Source of the DNA: Promethearchaeota archaeon
GTDB taxonomy: Archaea; Asgardarchaeota; Lokiarchaeia; Sigyniarchaeales; SOKP01
Reading direction: 5' to 3'
Length of the DNA stretch: 22,064 nucleotides
NCBI GenBank assembly: GCA_048941265.1
Contig: JBHLNT010000060.1
Span: forward strand, 1,838-23,901
Below are positions 1 through 9,529 of this stretch, piece by piece; within the stretch, counting starts at the first letter, position 1; the number at the start of each line of letters is the position of its first letter. A program made the translations under genes and the position numbers. The notes under the pieces were generated by a model. It was not told the origin of the DNA. It saw only the letters and a program-made list of their open reading frames with translations, and did not search any database.

Positions 1-114
1 TTAGAAACTTTTTCCCCTAATCTAATTCTCGGAGTGTCAGATGAACTGAGTCCTAATGGTGATATTCGTAAGATTGAGATGATTGCTGACATAATTAAAA
101 ATTTTGAACCATGA
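1..114 (+). CDS. 3' end of a gene truncated by the window edge; possibly a uroporphyrinogen decarboxylase / MtaA-CmuA methyltransferase-like TIM-barrel protein
   Basis: Frame 1 is open from base 1 to TGA at 112-114: LETFSPNLILGVSDELSPNGDIRKIEMIADIIKNFEP*. The 'LILGxSDE.....DI..I' pattern resembles the last strand and helix of URO-D-family proteins. Not in the ORF track. Confidence 0.55.
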   Translation, partial: LETFSPNLILGVSDELSPNGDIRKIEMIADIIKNFEP

Positions 115-212
115 ATTATTTCATATGATTTTTTTCTAAGTTTTTTATGAAATATTTTATATGTCTCTGATCAATATTTATTTAAATTAAAACTGAGAAA
201 TACATTATTATA

Positions 213-1577
213 GTGAGTGAGAATTTTATGAGCGGAAAAGATCAGGTACATTCACGCCGAGGACATCTCCTATATTCTCTAGGAGGTGTAACCTCTGCCC
301 TTCCATATAATATGGTGGGTACCTTCTTTGTTTTTTTCTATGCAGTAAAAGTAGGCTTATCCCTTGAGCTTGTTGGATTGATTTATCTATTGTATGGATT
401 ATGGAATGCAATCAATGACCCTTTATTTGGATATTACATGGATAAAAAAATCACTAAATGGGGACGTCGAGTACCATATATAGTATTTGGAACGATACCT
501 CTCGCAATTGGATTTATCTTATTATGGTATGTTCCATGGTCGTCTGAGATATTAATCTTTTTTTATGCTCTTTTTATGCTATTCTTATTTGATACGGGAT
601 TTACACTGGCAATGACTGCCTGGGCTGCATTATACACTGAAATGTATGAGGAAGAGAAAGAGAGAGCGACAGTTGTCGCGATAAAAGATACAATTGCCTT
701 TACCTCATCGTTAATAGGCATTATCTTTCCTCCATTGATTGCTTCCGCAGTTGGTTGGGCATTCACCGGATTAATTCTTGGAATTGTCATTACAATAACA
801 ATGTATCTTTCTCTTCTTGGAACAAAAGAAAGGAGAGAATACCAAATTGACAAACCATTACCAATTGTTTCCGCGATAAAAGAAACCTTCAAAAATAAAT
901 CATTTGTGATAATGGCTTTGACTTATACTTTAATCGATACTTGTTTCGCTATAACATTAATTGGCCTTCCTTTATATGCTAAATTTATACTTAATTTGGA
1001 TGAGGCGTTACTTGGATTTGCCGCTGTTGGAGTAGCATTAGGAGCTCTTATTAGTATCCCTTTTTGGAGAATTATATACTCTAGAAAAGGTGCAAAATAT
1101 GGTTTACTTTTAGCAATAGGAATTTTTGCTGCCGGGATATGGCCTGTATTTCTTATTAATGATTTCATTATATTAATTATTATCACTCTAATTCCCGGAT
1201 TTGGAATAGGTGGTGTTCTTATGACTGAGCTCCCATTTAGTGCAGCTATAGATTATGATGAATTACGAACTGGAAAAAGAAGAGAGGCCACCTATAATGG
1301 TATATTAACATTGATAGCCAGATTAGCAATAGCATTTTCGGGATTAGCTTTAATAATTGTTCAGTATTTCTTTGGGTTTAAAGCGGGATCAGAGTCCCAG
1401 AGTTCATCTGCTTTATTAGGTTTAACTTTATTGGTATCATTAATACCGTTTGTAGTGGGTGTTCTAGCTTTTATAGTTTTTAGCTTTTTTCCGATCAATC
1501 AAAACTATTTCCGTGAAATGCGGTCAGAGTTAAATGTTCTCCATGAAAAAAGGTTGGAAGAATTGAAAAAAACTTAA
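213..1577 (+). CDS. MFS transporter, glycoside-pentoside-hexuronide (GPH / MelB-like) cation symporter
   Basis: About 12 hydrophobic segments. Motifs WNAINDPLFGYYMD, TKWGRRVPY and DYDELRTGKRREATY are typical of the GPH family. GTG start at 213, alternative ATG at 228. Confidence 0.9.
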   Translation: MSENFMSGKDQVHSRRGHLLYSLGGVTSALPYNMVGTFFVFFYAVKVGLSLELVGLIYLLYGLWNAINDPLFGYYMDKKITKWGRRVPYIVFGTIPLAIGFILLWYVPWSSEILIFFYALFMLFLFDTGFTLAMTAWAALYTEMYEEEKERATVVAIKDTIAFTSSLIGIIFPPLIASAVGWAFTGLILGIVITITMYLSLLGTKERREYQIDKPLPIVSAIKETFKNKSFVIMALTYTLIDTCFAITLIGLPLYAKFILNLDEALLGFAAVGVALGALISIPFWRIIYSRKGAKYGLLLAIGIFAAGIWPVFLINDFIILIIITLIPGFGIGGVLMTELPFSAAIDYDELRTGKRREATYNGILTLIARLAIAFSGLALIIVQYFFGFKAGSESQSSSALLGLTLLVSLIPFVVGVLAFIVFSFFPINQNYFREMRSELNVLHEKRLEELKKT

Positions 1578-1632
1578 AGCGTGTTTAATTAAAATTTAAA
1601 AGGAATAAAATTCATTTTAATTGAAGATTTTT

Positions 1633-2382
1633 ATGAAACTTCAAGGAAAAGTAGCGATTATTACTGGGTCAGGGGCAGGTATTGGAGAAGCTACAGCAAT
1701 TTTATTTGCTAAAGAAGGGGCTCACGTTTGTTGTAATTCATTGTCCAATTCTGCTTTGAAAGTTGTAGAAAAAATCAAAAATTTGGGAGGAAAAGCCACT
1801 TTTGTTAAGGCAGATGTGTCAATAGAAGACCAAGCAAAAAGTATTATAGATAAAACAATAGAAACATATGGGAAAATCGATATTTTATTTAATAATGCTG
1901 GTATCGTTCTAGGAGGAGCAATTGATACGATTTCTACAGAGGATTGGGACAGAACAATGGCTATCAATGTTAGAAGCATATATTTAGTATCCAAATATGC
2001 AATACCTTACCTTAAAAAAACACAGGGAGTAATTGTTAATAATGCATCTTCTGTTGCTTTTAAAGGAGTCCCCGATAGAGCAGCTTATACAGCTTCAAAA
2101 GGTGCAGTATTATCAATGACGAGAGCTATGGCAGCAGATTATATTGACGATAAAATTCGTGTGAATGCAATTTGTCCAGGAACCACTGATTCACCTTCTC
2201 TTGAGCAGAGAATTCGAGAGAGGGGTGGTAATTATGAAGAAGTTAGAGCCCAGTACATAGCACGTCAAAGACTGGGCCGCCTTGGAACTCCCGAAGAAAT
2301 TGCAGAAGGAGTGTTATTTCTTGCTACAAATAAGTTTTGTACAGGTGTGAGCCTCCTAGTTGATGGAGGCATGACAATGTAA
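1633..2382 (+). CDS. Classical SDR oxidoreductase, similar to the 2-keto-3-deoxy-L-fuconate dehydrogenase / BDH2 (DHRS6) group
   Basis: TGSGAGIG, NNAG, catalytic S and YTASK, plus KGVPDRAAY, CPGTTDSPSL.QRI and ARQ.LGRLGTPEEIA. ATG at 1633 (MKLQGKVAIITG) is preferred over TTG at 1621. Confidence 0.9.
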   Translation: MKLQGKVAIITGSGAGIGEATAILFAKEGAHVCCNSLSNSALKVVEKIKNLGGKATFVKADVSIEDQAKSIIDKTIETYGKIDILFNNAGIVLGGAIDTISTEDWDRTMAINVRSIYLVSKYAIPYLKKTQGVIVNNASSVAFKGVPDRAAYTASKGAVLSMTRAMAADYIDDKIRVNAICPGTTDSPSLEQRIRERGGNYEEVRAQYIARQRLGRLGTPEEIAEGVLFLATNKFCTGVSLLVDGGMTM

Positions 2383-2437
2383 TAAAAATAGTAATTTTGA
2401 AAAATAAAGCTAATAAGACGATAATGTTTGATTTGTA

Positions 2438-3964
2438 ATGAATGATAAAATGAATGTTTTATTTATAATAACAGACCAGCTCAGAGCTGACCATTTAGCT
2501 TGTTATGGAAATCCGGATATAAAAACACCTAATATTGATGCTTTAGCCAGTGATGGGATAAGATTTACGAATGCTTATTGTACCAATCCAATTTGCATGC
2601 CGAATAGAGCAACTATTTTTACAGGAAAATATCCAAATATTCATGGAGTTAGATGCAATGGCATTAATCTTGATATAAGTATACCCACATTCACTCAAAC
2701 ATTAAGAGAATGCGGTTACCATACAAGCTCCATAGGCAAGATCCACTTAAATTGTTTTACGCCTCTTTTTGATCTAAAAATGGAATCTGTGGAACCCATG
2801 CTCGGCTGGACGTTCCAACCTAAGCATAAACGTCCCGTCATTCCTAAACCTTATTATGGATTTGATGAGGTAGATTTAGTTATTGGACATGGCGATGCTG
2901 TTACAGGGCACTATCTTGATTGGTTAGAAGAAAGAAGACCCGAATTAGTTGAATCGATAAAGAAAAGAATACACAAGCTTTTTCAAAAGTCTTTTTATGA
3001 AACACAATTTCCTGAAGAGCTGTACCAAACATCCTATATGACTGAGAAAACTATTTCTTTCTTACAAAGGGTCTCGGAAGGGTACTATGAAGAAAAACCA
3101 TTTTTTTTACATTGTTCATTTCCCGATCCCCACCATCCTGTTTGCCCTCCAGGAAAGTACAAGGATATGTATAATCCTGAAGATTTAAAACTCTCGCCAA
3201 GCTTTAATGATGTTTTAGATGATCATACTATAATTGGAGAATATTTAGAGAAAGCATATGATAATTCAGCATACATTCGTAGCACATGTGAGGAGGAAAT
3301 AAGAAATTTTTTAGCTTATACCTATGGAACTATATCCATGATTGACTTTAGTATAGGGCAGATATTAGCAGCTCTCATTTCTTTTGGTCTAGATAAAAAT
3401 ACAATGGTAATTTTCACGAGCGATCATGGAGAAATCTGCGGGGATCATAGAATTATTTACAAAGGAATGGTTCATTATCGTGGAATAATTAATGTTCCAT
3501 TAATCTGGAATGTGCCTAATGTTACTAAATCCCACTTAGTTACAAATTCTCTAGCAAGTTCTATTGATATCCCCTCAACAATTTTAAATTTGCTTGAAAT
3601 CGATGAAAAATTTCATCCTCCTGGTATGCAGGGCTATGATTTAACTCCTATACTAAGAGATCCAAATTACAAAGTTAGAAATCATTGCATAATTGAAGAA
3701 GACGAGGATTTTAAAATGAAGAAAGGGCATTATCAACCACCTTTGAGAATTAGATCAATGCTTACTGAAGATTATAGAATTACAATATATCAAGGTCGAG
3801 AAGATACTGGGGAATTATTTGATTTAAAAAATGATCCGCATGAATGTATAAATTTATGGCATGAAAAAGGTTCAGAGGAATTAAAATTTAAGCTGTTAAA
3901 TAAATTGCTCCATGAGATTATTAATACACAAAATCGATTTCCTGAGCCTATGGCTCATGGATAA
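2438..3964 (+). CDS. Cys-type (formylglycine-dependent) sulfatase-family hydrolase, cytoplasmic
   Basis: NVLFIITDQLRAD, CMPNR (CxPxR), GKIH, DPHHP, TSDHGE and ELFDLKNDPHE motifs. No signal peptide. Alternative ATG at 2450. Confidence 0.92.
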   Translation: MNDKMNVLFIITDQLRADHLACYGNPDIKTPNIDALASDGIRFTNAYCTNPICMPNRATIFTGKYPNIHGVRCNGINLDISIPTFTQTLRECGYHTSSIGKIHLNCFTPLFDLKMESVEPMLGWTFQPKHKRPVIPKPYYGFDEVDLVIGHGDAVTGHYLDWLEERRPELVESIKKRIHKLFQKSFYETQFPEELYQTSYMTEKTISFLQRVSEGYYEEKPFFLHCSFPDPHHPVCPPGKYKDMYNPEDLKLSPSFNDVLDDHTIIGEYLEKAYDNSAYIRSTCEEEIRNFLAYTYGTISMIDFSIGQILAALISFGLDKNTMVIFTSDHGEICGDHRIIYKGMVHYRGIINVPLIWNVPNVTKSHLVTNSLASSIDIPSTILNLLEIDEKFHPPGMQGYDLTPILRDPNYKVRNHCIIEEDEDFKMKKGHYQPPLRIRSMLTEDYRITIYQGREDTGELFDLKNDPHECINLWHEKGSEELKFKLLNKLLHEIINTQNRFPEPMAHG

Positions 3965-3976
3965 TTCGAATTGATT

Positions 3977-4756
3977 TTATTGGGTTGTCCATCCTCCATC
4001 AATTCTTAAATCGGCTCCAGTTATGTATGAAGAATCATCAGTAGCAAGAAACAAAATTCCCGTAGCAATTTCCTCTGGTTTAGCCCAGCGACCTAATACA
4101 CCTTCTTCTTCGAATTCTTTTCTAACTTCTTCATAAGAAACACCTCTATCCTTTGCTTGTTTTGCGACATCACTTTGAAGCATCGGAGTATCTGTAGCCC
4201 CTGGAGAGATACTATTAACTCGTACATTGTAAGGTGCTAAATCTAATGCTAACGCTCTAGTGTAACCTAAAACAGCTGCCTTTGTGGAGCAATAGTTCGC
4301 ATGAGCTACTTGTCCAATATGGGCAGCAACAGAAGCTAAAGTTATAATTGAGCCAAATTTCTGTTTTTTAAAATATGGAACTGCATATTTACATGTATAA
4401 TGGGTACCCTTAATATTTACATCAATCAATAAATCATAATCCTCATCAGGAAAGGTTTCTACATCTCCTACCCTTACGACACCGGCATTGACGATCAAAG
4501 CATCTATTCTTCCATGCATTTCTATCGTTTTTTCAATCATATTTTTTACATTTTCCTGTTTTCTAACATCGATATTCATTAACATTGTTCTTTTCTTTTC
4601 CTCATCATTCAAAAGTTCAAAAGTTTCATCTAATCCCTTTTTATCTATATCAGAAAGAACCTGAAATGCTCCTTCTTTTGCAAATAATACCGCTGTTGCT
4701 CTTCCGATTCCAGAAGCAGCTCCTGTTAATACAACAATCTTATCTTTAACTCTCAT
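3977..4756 (-). CDS. Classical SDR oxidoreductase, probably NAD-dependent
   Basis: TGAASGIG, Asp at the end of beta2 (VLSDID), VNAG, YCSTK, PGATDTPM and ITGADLRIDGG. SD-like AGGTG lies in the 11-nt gap after the upstream gene. Confidence 0.92.
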   Translation of the reverse strand: MRVKDKIVVLTGAASGIGRATAVLFAKEGAFQVLSDIDKKGLDETFELLNDEEKKRTMLMNIDVRKQENVKNMIEKTIEMHGRIDALIVNAGVVRVGDVETFPDEDYDLLIDVNIKGTHYTCKYAVPYFKKQKFGSIITLASVAAHIGQVAHANYCSTKAAVLGYTRALALDLAPYNVRVNSISPGATDTPMLQSDVAKQAKDRGVSYEEVRKEFEEEGVLGRWAKPEEIATGILFLATDDSSYITGADLRIDGGWTTQ

Positions 4757-4767
4757 AATTTAAACAC

Positions 4768-5901
4768 CTATTTAATAACAATATCCTTATCTAAGCTTGA
4801 CAATCGCTCACACCCTTTTGATTTAACCCTATAACAATCTTCAATGCCGACTAATCCTTGCCCTCTCACGCTTAACCACACTTCTATATCCAAAACCATA
4901 TTCTCTTCAAAAGGAACGTCATATGACTCTATGGCACTAAAAAGATGTGCTTCTTCACATTCTAATCCAATACTATGTCCTGTTATTAGATAAAATCCTC
5001 TTTTAGCTAATGTTTTTAAATGGGCCTGAGCATCCTCATATAATTCAGCAGAACTCTTACCAACTTCTATATTATCAACACAAAATTCTTGTAATTGTAT
5101 CATAACCTCCATGGCATCTTTTGCTTTTTTAGGTACTTCTCCAACAACTACAGCTCTGCTTATATCAGAAACATAACCTTTCCAAACAGCTCCAAAATCG
5201 AATCTAACAATATTATTGGGAGTGACCGGAATTCCTTTACCGGGTGCTTCAGGATCAGAAGGACCAATATTCTGGGTGAGATGATCCCATCCTTCTGCTC
5301 CCTCATCTACAATTGTACGGCGAGCGATTTGCAGCAGATTTGTGTCAAGAATATTTAATTCTGTAGCATCTATGCACGCCTGAATTGCTTTATCTGCTAT
5401 TTCTGTAGATTTCTTTATCCGCCGTACTTCTTCCTCTGTTTTAACAAGTCGCATGTCAATAAAAGCACGATCACCATTAACAAATTTCGCGTTAGGAAAT
5501 TCTCTTTTCAATGCATCATATTGATAAAACGGCATAAATGATTCAATTCCAATAGTTTTATGGGATAAATCCCATTCGTTTACTTTTTTTAGGAGGAGCT
5601 TTGTTGCCGCATTAAGCGAACCAACTCGATAAACCTCACTCGGGGGAATCCAGGAAAATTCCTCAACACTATCATATAGAGCCCAAACTAATGCACTCTC
5701 TTCCCCATTTCTGCGAACTAAACCTAAAAAAGGATATTGATTTTGTAATACATACAAAATTGGATTTGGAGCAACGTGTAGTACAGGCAATCCCGTCAAA
5801 TAAAAAACATTAACAGGTGTAGAAGCAATTAACAAATCAATATCATATTTATTTAAGATTTCACTTGCGTTATCTTTATTATAACCAATCGGCTCTGCCA
5901 T
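4768..5901 (-). CDS. M24-family (Xaa-Pro peptidase / creatinase fold) metalloenzyme
   Basis: Creatinase-like N-domain (NVFYLTG), then RLVKTEEE. All five metal ligands are present: RFDFG, SDISR, GHSIG, DIEVW, GIED. Confidence 0.88.
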   Translation of the reverse strand: MAEPIGYNKDNASEILNKYDIDLLIASTPVNVFYLTGLPVLHVAPNPILYVLQNQYPFLGLVRRNGEESALVWALYDSVEEFSWIPPSEVYRVGSLNAATKLLLKKVNEWDLSHKTIGIESFMPFYQYDALKREFPNAKFVNGDRAFIDMRLVKTEEEVRRIKKSTEIADKAIQACIDATELNILDTNLLQIARRTIVDEGAEGWDHLTQNIGPSDPEAPGKGIPVTPNNIVRFDFGAVWKGYVSDISRAVVVGEVPKKAKDAMEVMIQLQEFCVDNIEVGKSSAELYEDAQAHLKTLAKRGFYLITGHSIGLECEEAHLFSAIESYDVPFEENMVLDIEVWLSVRGQGLVGIEDCYRVKSKGCERLSSLDKDIVIK

Positions 5902-5983
5902 ATTTAATCAATTTTTAATATTAATTATTATGGATTTGATTTTTAATTTTGCAGTTATTTTTACTTAATTTAATTAATTTTCG

Positions 5984-6002
5984 AATTATAAATTTTATAA
6001 TT
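5984..6002. promoter_or_regulatory. Perfect palindrome AATTATAAA-T-TTTATAATT in a divergent intergenic region; possible back-to-back TATA boxes or operator
   Basis: 9-1-9 inverted repeat near the middle of the 5902-6093 gap, giving TTTATAA on both strands. The AT-rich context weakens it. Confidence 0.3.
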
Positions 6003-6093
6003 GTAATTTTCTTGATTCCTAAGTCTAACAGTGTATTTTAAAAGAAATTATTCCAACTGAAATATATTTATTATTTATTTCAATTTCTTTATT

Positions 6094-7224
6094 ATGAAAT
6101 ATGTGAAATATGGCATTATTGGTTTGGGTATTGTATGGCTATACCATATTAGAGCCACAAAAAATAGTCCAAAAATTAAATATGTTTCTGCTTTTGATAT
6201 AAATGAAAAAATTGCGAAAAGAATTGCCAGAAAATATAAAATGGATTATTTCACAGATCTTGATAAATTTCTTAAAAGTGATATTGATGCGGTCTTAATA
6301 ATGGTACCTCATTATCTGCATGAAGAGATGGTGATTGCTGCCGCTGAAGCCGGTAAGCATGTTCTATGCGAAAAACCAATGGCTACTACGTTAGAAGGAT
6401 GTGATCAAATGATTAAGGCAACAAATAAGGCAGGAGTTAAATTCATGATTGCTGAAAATCATCGATTTTTACCTGCCCATAAGTATATAAGGGATGCAAT
6501 CCAAAACGGATTAATTGGAAATGTATTTTTAATCCGCGCATATGAGGGAGTTAATGAAATTGAGGGTTTAATGAAAAAAGGTTTTTGGAAAGGACACCCA
6601 ATAAAAGCTGGTGGAGGTTCTTTGATTGATATGGGGGCTCATAAATTTGCAACCATGAATTGGATATTAAATGATGAGGTGGAATCTGCATATAGCTGGA
6701 TTACAAAACAATGTACTACTCTACAAGAAAAAGCAGAGGACAATGCAATGACTTTTTTAAAATTTAAAAAGGGAACCATAGCCGATATTGTTCTGAGTTT
6801 TACTGTCCAGTCGACTCTGAATAATCAAATTGAATTATTTGGAACGAAAGGTTCTATTCTTGAAGATCACTTAAGAGAAAAACCAGTAAAAATATTTTCA
6901 CACCATGAAGCAATGGGCAAAAATATAGGAAAATGGTATGAACCTGATATTGAACACGGTCCTTATCCTAAATATTATGATATTAGTATGAGAATTGAAG
7001 ATGAGTATTTCACTGATTGTATATTAGAAGATAAGGATCCAGAATTTACACCAGAACAGGCAAGAGAAGCAATTGCTACAGTTTTGATGGGATATTTATC
7101 TGCAAAAAGAGGGATTGTAGTGACGCGAGATGATTTAATGGAAGTGTATAAGAAAGAGGGTACTAAAAGCATTTTAGAAGGATTAGAAAACTATGTACAA
7201 AATAATTATTATGAAAGGTTGTAA
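6094..7224 (+). CDS. Gfo/Idh/MocA-family NAD(P)-dependent oxidoreductase
   Basis: YGIIGLG Rossmann start, PHYLH, AGKHVLCEKPMA, GGGSLIDMGAH and ELFGTKG. Confidence 0.92.
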   Translation: MKYVKYGIIGLGIVWLYHIRATKNSPKIKYVSAFDINEKIAKRIARKYKMDYFTDLDKFLKSDIDAVLIMVPHYLHEEMVIAAAEAGKHVLCEKPMATTLEGCDQMIKATNKAGVKFMIAENHRFLPAHKYIRDAIQNGLIGNVFLIRAYEGVNEIEGLMKKGFWKGHPIKAGGGSLIDMGAHKFATMNWILNDEVESAYSWITKQCTTLQEKAEDNAMTFLKFKKGTIADIVLSFTVQSTLNNQIELFGTKGSILEDHLREKPVKIFSHHEAMGKNIGKWYEPDIEHGPYPKYYDISMRIEDEYFTDCILEDKDPEFTPEQAREAIATVLMGYLSAKRGIVVTRDDLMEVYKKEGTKSILEGLENYVQNNYYERL

Positions 7225-7248
7225 GATCTCAATTATTTCATCCTAATT

Positions 7249-8088
7249 TTATAATTTTTGAAAACATCTTCTATTATTACAATTCAATGCAGTTTCTTTG
7301 ATAATATCAATTATATCCTTCAACGATACTCCCTTGTCTTTCATAAGATTATTTTCTAAAAATGTGCCCATTACTATAATATCTGCACCTGCCTCTACGA
7401 TAGCAGCAGCATCTTCCTTAGTTTGAACTCCTCCTCCTGCGATTATAGGTATTTTCAATACTTGTGAGCATAATTTTATTATTTCCGGAGGAATACTATT
7501 TCCACCGGAGCCCGCTTCTAAATATATGAGTTTAAATCCAAACATTTCTGCAGCTAACGAATAAGCCGCGGTTAATTTAGGTTTATTTCTAGGAAGTAGC
7601 TTGGCATCAGAAATCCACCCAGCAGAAGCACCCGGTTCAATTATAAGATACCCCATTGGAATATATTCAAGACCAGCCATTTTAACCAAGTAAGAACCCA
7701 GAGCCTGCACTCCTATGAAAAAATAGTGATTATTAGAGTTTAACACAGACATGAACAGAATTGCGTCTGCTTTCTTAGATACATTGGAAAATCCTCCCGG
7801 AAAGATGATTACAGGCACTTGCACATCTTTCTTTATTAATTCTATAGTTTTATCTACATATACTTGATCAAAAGCGGTACTTCCCCCCACTAAAATGGCA
7901 TCTGTTCCTGCTTGTTCAGCTAATTTTGCCATTTTAGCGGCTTTAGTAGGACTTTGTCGAAGAGGGTCAGGATCTATTAACGAGAAATGTAACGCTCCAT
8001 CTTGATTGAGTTTATTAATAATATACTTATATGTAGTATTTTTTGTCTCATTATTTAATACAAGATCAACCATCAATATCTCCTTCAT
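7249..8088 (-). CDS. Geranylgeranylglyceryl phosphate (GGGP) synthase, group II
   Basis: LIDPD, DAILVGGST, FPG...S..ADAILFMSVLNS, GYLIIEPG, YLEAGSG, GGG and GADIIVMGT. The true start could be the second Met. Confidence 0.93.
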   Translation of the reverse strand: MKEILMVDLVLNNETKNTTYKYIINKLNQDGALHFSLIDPDPLRQSPTKAAKMAKLAEQAGTDAILVGGSTAFDQVYVDKTIELIKKDVQVPVIIFPGGFSNVSKKADAILFMSVLNSNNHYFFIGVQALGSYLVKMAGLEYIPMGYLIIEPGASAGWISDAKLLPRNKPKLTAAYSLAAEMFGFKLIYLEAGSGGNSIPPEIIKLCSQVLKIPIIAGGGVQTKEDAAAIVEAGADIIVMGTFLENNLMKDKGVSLKDIIDIIKETALNCNNRRCFQKL

Positions 8089-8106
8089 TCGTTCTTATAT
8101 TTTAAT

Positions 8107-9486
8107 TTAACCATAAGTCATTTTTTCGACTTTTTCATAAATTTCAATTGTTTTATTTTTCCAATCATCAAAATATTCATAACTTTTTGGAAAATTTTTA
8201 TAATGCTTAATAATCTCATTCATTCTTATTCTTAGGTAATTTAAATCAAGCATTAATTTAGGATTTGCGATACCTTTAATAGCCTTAGCAGCCATGCTTA
8301 ATAAAGATAAGTTTAAACTTCCAGTTGATGTTAATTGTAAAATTTCGTCACCTGTTAACATATCTTTTTCTAAGCCAAAATTTAATGAATTATTTGAAAG
8401 TCTCTGAAGCACACGTCTTAATAAATCTAGAGCAGCGAACTCTGCTCCAATGCCAGTCATAATTTCTATGTTAAAATTCCATAAGTTTTGTAATGAGAAA
8501 TCACCTTCTTCAATGGCAAGAGCAGCAGTATTAGCAGCATAAAATCCAGCCCTCATTGACGGATCAATTCCCCCACCATGAATTGGATTTACATGGCATC
8601 CAGCATCGCCAACTAACATAAATCCGTTGTCAACACACGACCATATCGGTCTTCTGATAGGAGCAACTCCCCCTCCGGATGATAATATTTCATAATTGGA
8701 GGTTTTGATAAAATTTTTGAATACATTATCTTGATAAAACTCCTTAACTTTTCCCTTACAATCCATAAATACTCCTAAGCCAATATTAAGAGAAAACTTA
8801 TTTCTGGGAAAATACCAAATATAACCTCCAGGAGCTTTTTCTTGGTCCAAAATTATGGAAATAAATTCAGGATCCATGACTTCTTGATCTTGCTTGGGAA
8901 ATTTAATTATTTCTCTATAACATAAAATAGCATCCTCTTTTGAAATCTCTTTTTCAATTAATGGATGTTTAGCCTGTTTTCTTAGGGGTGTGTTAAAACC
9001 ACTGGCATCAATTATTATTTTAGCATTTAGATCTAGTTTTTCCCCGTTTTTTAAACGAACTTTTAAACCCGAAATAAAATTGTCCTTATAAAGCAGTTCC
9101 AATGCCATCGTGTTATCTAAAAATTGTTTAACTCCGGCATCAAGGGCCTCCTTGAGTAATCTCTGTCCAAATTCCAATCTATTTACAATATACCCTACTT
9201 GCTTCGGATCTATTAAAGTTAAGCATTTATTCATATTTGGGGGATATAGTTTTGCCCCTTTTATATAGCAGGATAATTCGTCGCCTTGAGGAGGCTTTAT
9301 TTTTAAGAGTTCAAAGATTTCTGAGCCGACAGCATCGCCGCAAATTTTATCACCTATTTGGCTTCTTTCCTTCCTATCAATGAGACATACATCTAAGCCT
9401 TTTTGAGCTGCGAATCGAGCTGCCGTAGTTCCCCCAGTTCCGGCTCCAACAACAATAACATCAAAAGATTTTTGTAGAGTTTCCAT
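8107..9486 (-). CDS. Geranylgeranyl reductase / digeranylgeranylglycerophospholipid reductase (FAD-dependent)
   Basis: DVIVVGAGTGG, KICGDAV, IIDASG, PGGYIWYFP (PxxYxWxFP) and VGDAGCHVNPIHGGGI. Lies 18 nt upstream of GGGPS. Confidence 0.9.
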   Translation of the reverse strand: METLQKSFDVIVVGAGTGGTTAARFAAQKGLDVCLIDRKERSQIGDKICGDAVGSEIFELLKIKPPQGDELSCYIKGAKLYPPNMNKCLTLIDPKQVGYIVNRLEFGQRLLKEALDAGVKQFLDNTMALELLYKDNFISGLKVRLKNGEKLDLNAKIIIDASGFNTPLRKQAKHPLIEKEISKEDAILCYREIIKFPKQDQEVMDPEFISIILDQEKAPGGYIWYFPRNKFSLNIGLGVFMDCKGKVKEFYQDNVFKNFIKTSNYEILSSGGGVAPIRRPIWSCVDNGFMLVGDAGCHVNPIHGGGIDPSMRAGFYAANTAALAIEEGDFSLQNLWNFNIEIMTGIGAEFAALDLLRRVLQRLSNNSLNFGLEKDMLTGDEILQLTSTGSLNLSLLSMAAKAIKGIANPKLMLDLNYLRIRMNEIIKHYKNFPKSYEYFDDWKNKTIEIYEKVEKMTYG

Positions 9487-9529
9487 TTTATCGGTTTTTA
9501 TAAAAAAATATTAAAAAAAAAATAAAATT

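Noticed and set aside
226-1994. Antisense ORFs 226-411, 563-892, 923-1186 and 1722-1994
   Set aside because: They lie wholly opposite well-supported genes and have no recognisable motifs; typical shadow ORFs.
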